A stretch of 40,304 bases of DNA from Candidatus Nomurabacteria bacterium. GTDB taxonomy: Bacteria; Patescibacteriota; Minisyncoccia; Phycocordibacterales; UBA9973. The position numbers and the translations under genes are program-made. Positions 7,893 through 15,863 of this stretch are shown here, one piece after another (the stretch's first letter is position 1; every line of letters starts with the position of its first letter). Where the stretch lies: contig CALRET010000002.1 of assembly GCA_943356375.1 (NCBI GenBank), forward strand, positions 1-40,304, read 5' to 3'. Below the pieces are notes generated by a model that searched no databases, had not been told where the DNA came from, and was given only the letters and a program-made list of their open reading frames with translations.

Positions 7893-7944
7893 ACTACTAG
7901 CTGTCAGCTATGTCCCTTCGGAGACATCTCCCGTAGGAAGACAA
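7893..7944 (-). repeat. 52-nt structured 3'-flank element, copy 2 (after the rplU stop)
   Basis: Minus sense reads TTGTCTTCCTACGGGAGATGTCTCCGAAGGGACATAGCTGACAGCTAGTAGT. It has the same orientation relative to its upstream gene as copy 1. Confidence 0.8.
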
Positions 7945-7952
7945 ACTACTAT

Positions 7953-8270
7953 CTATTTTATCGCAGTAATCTTTACCTTTGTGAATGGCTGTCGATGGCC
8001 ATTTTTCTTGAGATATCGGCTTTTTGCCTTATATTTCATCACAAGGAGAGTCTTTGCCCGGCCATTTTTTTCAAAAGCAGCTTCTACTTTTGCGCCATCA
8101 ATATACGGCATACCAATAGTAGTATCTGAACCATTGTCCACAAGAAGAACTTTATCAAAAACGACCTTGTCGCCTTCTGCAAATTCCCCAGGAAGTTTCT
8201 CGATAGTCAAACTATCTCCAACTTTTACCTTATATTGTTTTCCACCTGTTTGTATTACTGCAAATTCCAT
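7953..8270 (-). CDS. rplU: 50S ribosomal protein L21
   Basis: MEFAVIQTGGKQYKVKVGD... is the classic bL21 N-terminus, giving about 105 aa from this Met. The upstream 9 codons of the track ORF are probably not translated. Confidence 0.9.
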   Translation of the reverse strand: MEFAVIQTGGKQYKVKVGDSLTIEKLPGEFAEGDKVVFDKVLLVDNGSDTTIGMPYIDGAKVEAAFEKNGRAKTLLVMKYKAKSRYLKKNGHRQPFTKVKITAIK

Positions 8271-8429
8271 AATGTCGCCATTGTATACTAATTTCAATAA
8301 AAAGCAACCCCTTTCTTGTGTGCTGTGGATTTATTCCCAAAAAGCTTGACTATTTTTTCCTTTCATGCTTAAATAGACACAGAAATATGCCGAACAGCCA
8401 CCGGCACGCCCTAAGCGAAATCGTGGAGT

Positions 8430-10166
8430 ATGAACATTAAAAAACGAATAATCATGAAAAAAGTAGGATTTGTAAAAAGCGTCTTTGGACGTTTAATAAT
8501 TGCACTATTGATTGCAATTAGCGTATCTGCCATGCTGTACACATCTTCGGATAAAGTACAGAATATGGTACACACAGATTTCAACATTGAAAAAGTTGCT
8601 GAAAAAAGTGTCGCACAGGCTTCATTTGTTTCGGTTGAAAAAATACAGGTAAAAAACGATTGGACAGAAAAACTGCTCCATGTTGATACTGCGTACTCTT
8701 TTGACTCCCCTGCAAAAACGGCAGAGAAATCACCGGAAGAGGTTACTATTAAAACAGTAAACAAGGAGGAGTGGGTTAAAAAAGCTCCAGTAAAAAAACA
8801 GAAGGCACTGAATAAATCTTCTGTAGGGAAAAAAGAGATGAAGACTAGTACTGTTAAACAGAAAGAGGAAGAGATACTTGTTGCGAAATATGTAACAAAA
8901 TCTGCTATTGAAAATGAACCTCTTGCTAATGATTCTATTGCAAGAGAAATTGAATTGTTTGAAAAATACTTAGCAGAAGTTGATAACAAAATGATCAGCA
9001 ATAAAATACCTGCAGTTGCAGATATTTCAACTGAAAATAGAATACTGGGACCAGTAACAGTAGAGGAAGAACAGAGATCCATGGAAATCAACTTCATAAA
9101 AATGCGTGATGATTCATCAAATGAGTTATTGCTCATGCAAAGAACTATTGTCACAGAGATGCCTTTTGACGAACAATTGCTCTCTGTATTACCAAAAGAC
9201 CGGATACAGACAGAAGTAATGACCGCTGAAACAATCCTACCGGAAGAAACAGAGATTCCCACTCAAGATAAAAAAGAACAACAAGAAGTGGATGATGCTA
9301 TTACTATCTATGAAGAGAAAAGTGGTATTGCGGAAGAATCTTTGAAACAACAAGAAATCTCCAAGAAGCTTACTGAATCACTTCTAATTGCTGAAAAGCA
9401 AAAAGAAGTAAACATTGTGCAGAAAATGGAAGAAGCTGAGAAAGCAAAAATGGAGGAAGCGGCAAAGATAGCTGAACGTTCACGCGAAAAAGCTGATTTA
9501 AAAGCTTCTGCGCAGAAACAGAAACGAAAAGTTGAAAAACAACCGGAAGATGTAACGAGTGCAGAAATAACAACCGAAAAAAAGGTTGAGGAAACTGAAA
9601 TCGCAACATTTCCAGTAGTAATTGAAAAAAAAGTATACTCTTTTAAAGAGGATCTCTCAATTGCTCTCAAGACGATCAATAGTCTGAATAACCCTGCGTA
9701 CCACGCAAGACCTGATGGTTCTGCAATATACACTGAGCGTTTTAGTGAAGTGCGTAACTTCTACTATGGACGAGCTGCTGTTCGGAACGAAGGCAAGTGG
9801 TTCTTTATTGACACCACCGGTATGCAAGTATCAAAACAATATTGGTCAGCATGGAATTACAAAGAAGGGTTTGCTGTTGTCGCAGAGCGAGATAGTGTTA
9901 CAGGAGTTATCCTATACCATCATATCGATACAGAAGGTAAAGAAATGTACTCAGAAAAATTTAAAGATCTGAGTGATTTCAAAAAGGTGGATGAGAACGG
10001 AAACTGGACAAGTGAACTGCCAAAAGTGAATCTTGTTGCTTTCGGAAGAAAAATCGTTACAGAAAAAAATAGAGGGAAAACTACCCTCAAACAGGTTATA
10101 TATCAAATAGACGGATACGGAACTATCACCCCCTATACAGGGACACTAGATACCCGATTCAAATAA
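8430..10166 (+). CDS. membrane-anchored protein with a long Lys/Glu-rich low-complexity region and a C-terminal WG/KWG-type repeat domain
   Basis: N-terminal hydrophobic anchor (GRLIIALLIAISVSAM), about 350 aa of E/K-rich sequence, then ...GRAAVRNEGKWFFIDTTGMQVS...YKEGFAVVAERD..., which resembles WG-containing beta-propeller-like repeats. Confidence 0.6.
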   Translation: MNIKKRIIMKKVGFVKSVFGRLIIALLIAISVSAMLYTSSDKVQNMVHTDFNIEKVAEKSVAQASFVSVEKIQVKNDWTEKLLHVDTAYSFDSPAKTAEKSPEEVTIKTVNKEEWVKKAPVKKQKALNKSSVGKKEMKTSTVKQKEEEILVAKYVTKSAIENEPLANDSIAREIELFEKYLAEVDNKMISNKIPAVADISTENRILGPVTVEEEQRSMEINFIKMRDDSSNELLLMQRTIVTEMPFDEQLLSVLPKDRIQTEVMTAETILPEETEIPTQDKKEQQEVDDAITIYEEKSGIAEESLKQQEISKKLTESLLIAEKQKEVNIVQKMEEAEKAKMEEAAKIAERSREKADLKASAQKQKRKVEKQPEDVTSAEITTEKKVEETEIATFPVVIEKKVYSFKEDLSIALKTINSLNNPAYHARPDGSAIYTERFSEVRNFYYGRAAVRNEGKWFFIDTTGMQVSKQYWSAWNYKEGFAVVAERDSVTGVILYHHIDTEGKEMYSEKFKDLSDFKKVDENGNWTSELPKVNLVAFGRKIVTEKNRGKTTLKQVIYQIDGYGTITPYTGTLDTRFK

Positions 10167-10263
10167 AATACAAAAAAGTGAGAACCCGAAAAGATACACA
10201 ACAATCGTGTGTATACGGAAAGAACATTGTTCGGATAAAACCGAATTCATTATATTTCCAATC

Positions 10264-10296
10264 ATCCCCCGCCAAGTTTGGTGGGGGATTTTTTAT
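10264..10296 (+). terminator. rho-independent terminator
   Basis: ATCCCCCGCCAA-gt-TTGGTGGGGGAT followed by TTTTTTATT. Confidence 0.75.
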
Positions 10297-10330
10297 TGTA
10301 TTCTTTTGAATATATCTATATAATAAAAGT

Positions 10331-11239
10331 ATGATTTCTAAATATCAGTATAAAAATGTTACTTGGGTAGATCTCAACTCTCCAAGCAAAGAAGAACTCC
10401 AAATTGTCACAGAACAATGTCAAATACCAGGAACAGTCCTCGATGAATTAGCGACAAACACTCTCAGATCAAAAGTAGAATTATACCCAAATTTCATCTA
10501 TCTCATTTTACACTTCCCGCCTAAAATCCAAGCAGGAAAAATGATCGATCAAGAAATTGATTTTTTGATTGGTAAAAATTTTCTCATAACGGCACACTAC
10601 GAAACGATCGATATTATTGAACAATTCGCAAGTCGTTTTGAATCAAACACAGAATATGGAAAACAACACATGGGTGAACATGCGGGCTTCGTATTCTATT
10701 ATTTAATCAAAGAGCTTTACCATAAAGCAAACCTAGATCTAGATAGCGTTCATGAACGACTTCGAGAAATCGAACAGGGTATTTTTAATAAGCAAGAAAG
10801 AGAAACGGTGCAAACTATTTCTCGTATCAACCGTGTACTTCTTGATTTCAGACAAGCGCTCAAATTCCACAAAGAAATACTTGTATCCCTTGAACATGCG
10901 GGAAAAAATTTCTTTGGAGAAAATTTTGACTATTATCTATCAGCAATCACAAATGAATACAACAAAATAGAATCCATGCTCGATAACTATCGAGAGACGC
11001 TCAACGACATGCGTGAGACCAATGATTCCCTTCTCGCATCAAAAACAAATCGTACAATTCAAAATCTAACGGTCCTTAACTCTATTCTCTTACCACTTAC
11101 AGTTATCACTGGAGTTTTTGGGATGAATATGGCTTTTGTATTTATTAAAGACATGCGAGATTTCTTTATTACCATTGGAGGAATGGCGTTCATTGCTCTT
11201 GCTTTTTTCTTATTATTTAAAACAAAACGATGGCTCTAG
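10331..11239 (+). CDS. corA: CorA-family magnesium/cobalt transporter
   Basis: 302 aa with a cytoplasmic domain plus two C-terminal TM helices and the signature GVFGMNM (GMN motif). TATAAT ends 6 nt before the ATG. Confidence 0.85.
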   Translation: MISKYQYKNVTWVDLNSPSKEELQIVTEQCQIPGTVLDELATNTLRSKVELYPNFIYLILHFPPKIQAGKMIDQEIDFLIGKNFLITAHYETIDIIEQFASRFESNTEYGKQHMGEHAGFVFYYLIKELYHKANLDLDSVHERLREIEQGIFNKQERETVQTISRINRVLLDFRQALKFHKEILVSLEHAGKNFFGENFDYYLSAITNEYNKIESMLDNYRETLNDMRETNDSLLASKTNRTIQNLTVLNSILLPLTVITGVFGMNMAFVFIKDMRDFFITIGGMAFIALAFFLLFKTKRWL

Positions 11240-12603
11240 AACTTTACAATACACTGTCGAAACAAAAAGAATTGTTCGTCCCTATCAATGGTAAAAAGGT
11301 AAATTTATTTGTCTGTGGGCTTACTGTGTATGATTATTCACACTTGGGACATGCAAAGACCTATACGCAATTTGATTTAATTACTCGATATCTCCGGTAC
11401 AGCGGGTATGACGTGTTTTATCTACAAAACTTTACCGATATCGATGATAAGATTATCGACCGGGCACATGCCACTGGAATTGATTGGAAAGACCTCACTA
11501 CCAAATTTGAAAATGCATACAAAGAAGACATGATCGCGCTCGGCAACACTTCAGTAACAGAATACGCGCGCGCAACAGATCATATCCCGCAGATCATATC
11601 GCAAGTGGAAGCACTTATGGCAAAAGGATTTGCATATAAGACCGAAGATGGTATTTATTTTGAGGTTTCAAAATTTGCCGAATACGGGAAACTCTCAGGC
11701 CGAACAAATCTCAAAGAAGATGATTCAGTGAGTCGTATTGATGAAGGTGGTTTTAAGCGCGGATGGAATGATTTCTGTCTCTGGAAAGCAGAGAAGCCTG
11801 GTGAACCAGTCTGGGAATCAGAAACTCTTGGCCGAGGACGTCCTGGCTGGCATATCGAGGATACTGCCATCACAGAGAGTTATTTTGGCCCACAGTACGA
11901 TATCCATGGTGGTGCAGTAGACCTCATTTTCCCCCACCACGACTGTGAAATTGCACAAATGGAAGCCGCTTCAGGAAAGGTTCCTTTGGTAAAATATTGG
12001 CTCCACACAGCATTTCTCAACATCAACTCAGAGAAGATGTCGAAATCAAAAGGAAATTTTAAAACAATCAGAGACATGTTGGAAGTGTACAATGCAAAGA
12101 TCGTTCGATTCTTTATCGTTTCCGCACATTACCGTACTTCAATAGACTTCAGCACAGACGGACTCGACCAGGCAAAAAACACACTCGAAAGAATCCAGAA
12201 TTTTATTGCAAATATTGATCCGAGTTTAGATGATACTGGAAATGAAACTATGGTTGGAGAAGTAAGAAAGAAAATAATTACCGCACTTGATGATGATTTT
12301 AATACTCCACAAGCATTTGCACATCTTTTTGATTTTATCCGAGAACAGAATATACGTGGCGGAAATGGTAAACAAGTGCTTGAATTATTTATTGAACTCA
12401 ATAAAATATTTGGGGATGTATTTGATTTGTCAAAAACAATGATTACAGAATTACCACAAGAAATACTCAACCTTATCACAAGACGAGATGAAGCTCGTAT
12501 AAATAAAAACTGGAATCTTTCTGATGAATTACGTACCGAAATTGAAAAGTTGGGATATGAAGTAAAAGATACCCCAAACGGAACACAAGTTGTAAGAAAA
12601 TAA
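11230..12603 (+). CDS. cysS: cysteine--tRNA ligase
   Basis: Contains CGLTVYDYSHLGHAKTY (HIGH), KMSKSKGN and WHIEDTA. Overlaps the corA stop by 10 nt. Confidence 0.9.
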   Translation: MALELYNTLSKQKELFVPINGKKVNLFVCGLTVYDYSHLGHAKTYTQFDLITRYLRYSGYDVFYLQNFTDIDDKIIDRAHATGIDWKDLTTKFENAYKEDMIALGNTSVTEYARATDHIPQIISQVEALMAKGFAYKTEDGIYFEVSKFAEYGKLSGRTNLKEDDSVSRIDEGGFKRGWNDFCLWKAEKPGEPVWESETLGRGRPGWHIEDTAITESYFGPQYDIHGGAVDLIFPHHDCEIAQMEAASGKVPLVKYWLHTAFLNINSEKMSKSKGNFKTIRDMLEVYNAKIVRFFIVSAHYRTSIDFSTDGLDQAKNTLERIQNFIANIDPSLDDTGNETMVGEVRKKIITALDDDFNTPQAFAHLFDFIREQNIRGGNGKQVLELFIELNKIFGDVFDLSKTMITELPQEILNLITRRDEARINKNWNLSDELRTEIEKLGYEVKDTPNGTQVVRK

Positions 12604-12604
12604 T

Positions 12605-12631
12605 AAAAACCGATCTTTCGATCGGTTTTTT
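12605..12631. terminator. rho-independent terminator between convergent cysS and M16 peptidase genes
   Basis: AAAAACCGATC-tttc-GATCGGTTTTTT. Confidence 0.8.
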
Positions 12632-12652
12632 GTTGTGATAGATATTGCACAT

Positions 12653-13906
12653 TTAAGAATTGATTGGTAAAGCAAGGAATTCTCCCGAAACATCCGGATG
12701 CCAATACGTATTATATATTCTTTTCAAAAACGATGAATATGCAGCTTGTCGTAATAATTCGCCTGACTCTTCTTCATTCGAAATTTTTCCAAAGTAATGC
12801 AAAGAGAAAATCTGATCATCCAATACATCGCTTATTCTTTGATAATTGAAGATTTGCTTAGTCAATTTTTCCTTCACGTGCAGATCGATCTGTTCTTGAT
12901 CGGAGATTGCGCCATATATCTTTTGATGTAATTTCGATCGCACATGAGATACTTGTCCTATGTCATTAAGCGGTAGCGATAACTGCCAAGCACCAATATT
13001 TGGAGCAATTGATACAGATGCACCAAAATTAATATTATACACCCACCCCAAATCACGCCTAAGCCATTCATATAGCATACCATTCACATTATTCGTGAGA
13101 AAAGAACCAAGCAAGGTTATACCACGAAATACGAATGGGTCCCGAGAATCGACAATACCGCCCAGATAATATATATGTCTATCTGATTCCACGCACTTTT
13201 CTTCATGATATTCGCGTTTTTGCCATGAAGCTTTTTTCCAGAACACAGGAAGATCATTAAACTTTGTTTCTATCTGTTCAAGTGTCTTCATTGCCAATCG
13301 AGCATCATAAGAACCTCCAATAAACAGATGTGCTCGTGGATCTTTATATGCACAGTGCAGTGAATAGAACTTTTCTGGCGTCATGTTACTAAAATCATCA
13401 TCTTCTCCAAATATCTGGCGAAGTGTATACGGATTATTATTCTGCCAGCCAGTCCGTACATGCATCCCCAATTTTGAATCACCAGGAAACCATATTCCTT
13501 TCCTCTTCCTCTCATTGGCAATTATCCCAGATTCCTCAAGAATATATTCCTCTGTTATGAGTGGATTAAATATATGATTGATGAATTTCGGGAATATTTC
13601 AGAAAAGGCAGCTGAAGGTATTGATAAATGATACTCAGTAAATGTTTCTGATGTCGCAGCACCGAACTCACCACCAAAAGATGAGACGAATTTCTTGAAT
13701 TGACTTTTTCCAGGAAAACTCTGTGAACGACTACACATTAAATGCTCCAAAAAATGAGCCGAACCTGCAATAATTGAGTCAGTATTATTTCTTGTCCCAA
13801 TAGGAACAAAGAACCTGACAATCACAAATGGCACATCCCATGGCTTACCATACACCATCATACCGTTCTTGAGCTTTTGAGTCTCGAAAATAAGCCTATC
13901 TTTCAT
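12653..13906 (-). CDS. M16 (pitrilysin/insulinase) family zinc peptidase
   Basis: 417 aa with the inverted zinc motif HFLEH in GSAHFLEHLMC near the N-terminus. The promoter TTGACT-17-TATTAT lies upstream. Confidence 0.75.
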   Translation of the reverse strand: MKDRLIFETQKLKNGMMVYGKPWDVPFVIVRFFVPIGTRNNTDSIIAGSAHFLEHLMCSRSQSFPGKSQFKKFVSSFGGEFGAATSETFTEYHLSIPSAAFSEIFPKFINHIFNPLITEEYILEESGIIANERKRKGIWFPGDSKLGMHVRTGWQNNNPYTLRQIFGEDDDFSNMTPEKFYSLHCAYKDPRAHLFIGGSYDARLAMKTLEQIETKFNDLPVFWKKASWQKREYHEEKCVESDRHIYYLGGIVDSRDPFVFRGITLLGSFLTNNVNGMLYEWLRRDLGWVYNINFGASVSIAPNIGAWQLSLPLNDIGQVSHVRSKLHQKIYGAISDQEQIDLHVKEKLTKQIFNYQRISDVLDDQIFSLHYFGKISNEEESGELLRQAAYSSFLKRIYNTYWHPDVSGEFLALPINS

Positions 13907-13960
13907 TGTTAATATACATATAACTGCTCATGATAATACTATAAAATACAAAAAAAGTCA

Positions 13961-13990
13961 AACAAAAAACCACTTTGAGGTGGTTTTTTG
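13961..13990 (-). terminator. rho-independent terminator after the histidine kinase gene
   Basis: AAAAAACCAC-ctcaaa-GTGGTTTTTT followed by GTTTG in minus sense. Confidence 0.75.
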
Positions 13991-13999
13991 ACGTATCCT

Positions 14000-14029
14000 C
14001 TAGAACCTAGCAACTAGCCCCTAGAACCT
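14000..14029. repeat. CTAG-heptad element, copy B
   Basis: Sequence CTAGAACCTAGCAACTAGCCCCTAGAACCT. CTAG starts at 14000, 14007, 14014 and 14021. It lies between the kinase stop (14035) and its terminator. Confidence 0.7.
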
Positions 14030-14034
14030 GTCTT

Positions 14035-15684
14035 TTACAGCTCCACAATAAACGTCGATCCCTTACCTACCCCCGGAGATTCTACCCACACTTTCCCTTT
14101 ATGCGCACCGACAATTTCTTTTGCTAAATAGAGTCCGAGACCTGATCCGCCAGCATTTACCTTGCCGCCTTCACCACGTGCAAATTTTTGAAAGAGTGAT
14201 TGTTTAGTTTCTTCGGTCATACCCATACCAGTATCTGTAACAGAGAATCGAATCTTGTCTTTATTCTTCCCGAGAATAACAGAGATACTTCCTCCTTTTG
14301 TATATTTAATAGAATTGTCTATCAGGTTTAAGAAAACTTGACGCAATTTTTCCATATCACCATTAAGTGTGTATGGTGCTTGATTATCAGTTTTGAAATC
14401 CATAACAAGTCCTTTCTTTTCTGCAGTAATTCTCAAATCATCAACTATTTCTTTCGCTGTTTTTTCCATGTCAAATGGTGCCATCTGATAGACCATGCCA
14501 CCTTGCTCAATTTTCGTCACATTCAAGAGATCTTCAACAACTTTCGCCAAATGTTTACTGGACTGAAATACTTTATCAATAGTATCCTTTTGCACACCTG
14601 TAACCTCACCAAAACTACCTTCGAGAAGCATAGATGTGTACCCTTTTATCGCAGTAAGCGGTGAACGAAGTTGATGGGATGCAAGAGACAAGAATTCCGT
14701 CTTTAGTTTATCAAGCCCCTTCAATTTTTCATTGGCATCATAGAGTTCTAAACTGATCTTCTGTAATCGTTCTTTTTGAGTAATTTCATTTTTAATAGAC
14801 CTAATGAGTATAATCCCTAAAATAATCAAAAGTACAAGGGTTATCAAAACAATTACATGAACGACATCTATTTTATTAATAAATATCAGCGATAGGACTA
14901 ATACCCACAAAGAATATACCAATGCTTGCGAACCAAACAAACGCATATTAAAACTCTTATATCGAACAATGGTATACGTAACCAGCCCAAGAAATACAAC
15001 CATTCCTAGGGGGCCAACCAGGTTGACTTCATAATTTTGTGTAATTTCACCGTAAATATTCGAAACAGAGAAAGCGAGAAGGAAGAGTGTGAGACCAGTT
15101 GTCATCAAAGTGATCTGCCTTCGCTTATTATAATCTTGTTTATTTGTTATATATCCCTTAATACCAATAATCAAAACCCATAAGAGTGTGAGGATTTCAA
15201 AACCATATACAAAATACCAGAAAATTCCTAATGACCCCTCGCAGTAGACACTATCGTATGATTGAATATTATAGATTGTCGGTACAGCAATTAATGTTGC
15301 GATATATACAATTAACAAAATCCCGTTGATAACCCAAGAAACGTTATTTCCATTTATAAAAGTACGAATATAAGCAATAGAAAATATGAAGATAGAAATC
15401 TCAAACAACACAGTTAATTGCCAAGCAAACATTAAGCCGACATGGTATGAAGAAACCCATTGAACAAGCACGTTAAGAATCCATAATGCAAAACTCATCG
15501 CAATACCAAAAAATAGCTTGCTTCGTACTGAATAATTATCCTTTACTAAAATAATACTCGATAAGATTATTGAAATAATCAATATTGGAATGTATGAATA
15601 GAACAACAATGTCGGTGCAGTAGAGAAATCAAAAATCCCTAAGAAAGATGGTGCTTCTGTTCCACAAATTGAATTTAATAACAT
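14035..15684 (-). CDS. sensor histidine kinase with a polytopic membrane N-terminal domain
   Basis: About 8-9 predicted TM helices followed by a coiled linker. HisKA H-box LASHQLRSPLTAI, and HATPase N/G boxes (NLIDNSIKYT, DTGMGM, GGSGLGLYLAKEIV). No response regulator is adjacent. Confidence 0.85.
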   Translation of the reverse strand: MLLNSICGTEAPSFLGIFDFSTAPTLLFYSYIPILIISIILSSIILVKDNYSVRSKLFFGIAMSFALWILNVLVQWVSSYHVGLMFAWQLTVLFEISIFIFSIAYIRTFINGNNVSWVINGILLIVYIATLIAVPTIYNIQSYDSVYCEGSLGIFWYFVYGFEILTLLWVLIIGIKGYITNKQDYNKRRQITLMTTGLTLFLLAFSVSNIYGEITQNYEVNLVGPLGMVVFLGLVTYTIVRYKSFNMRLFGSQALVYSLWVLVLSLIFINKIDVVHVIVLITLVLLIILGIILIRSIKNEITQKERLQKISLELYDANEKLKGLDKLKTEFLSLASHQLRSPLTAIKGYTSMLLEGSFGEVTGVQKDTIDKVFQSSKHLAKVVEDLLNVTKIEQGGMVYQMAPFDMEKTAKEIVDDLRITAEKKGLVMDFKTDNQAPYTLNGDMEKLRQVFLNLIDNSIKYTKGGSISVILGKNKDKIRFSVTDTGMGMTEETKQSLFQKFARGEGGKVNAGGSGLGLYLAKEIVGAHKGKVWVESPGVGKGSTFIVEL

Positions 15685-15689
15685 ATTGA

Positions 15690-15839
15690 TTATTCTATAG
15701 AAGTATCGACAATCTCTTCTTCAGGACTATCGATCACAACAAAATCCCCCTTGATAACAGTTTTGTAAAAAGTAAACGAAATACCCGCAAGAGTAGTGAT
15801 TACTAAAACTATAAAAAATAACTTTGTCTTTTTTATCAT
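15690..15839 (-). CDS. 49-aa single-pass membrane micro-protein (below the ORF-track cutoff)
   Basis: ATG at 15839 and TAA at 15690-15692, giving MIKKTKLFFIVLVITTLAGISFTFYKTVIKGDFVVIDSPEEEIVDTSIE. It ends 5 nt before the kinase start. A -10 TATACT lies about 17 nt upstream. Confidence 0.4.
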   Translation of the reverse strand: MIKKTKLFFIVLVITTLAGISFTFYKTVIKGDFVVIDSPEEEIVDTSIE

Positions 15840-15863
15840 AAAAGAGTACTATGGCAGTATACC

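Noticed and set aside
8411-9733. Long minus-strand ORFs (283 aa at 8411-9262, 141 aa at 9308-9733, 79 aa at 9370-9609) opposite the WG-repeat protein gene.
   Set aside because: They are Ser/Phe/Cys/Ile-rich low-complexity translations, the mirror image of the purine-rich Lys/Glu coding strand. They have no start context, promoter or terminator, and the plus-strand gene has a coherent domain layout.
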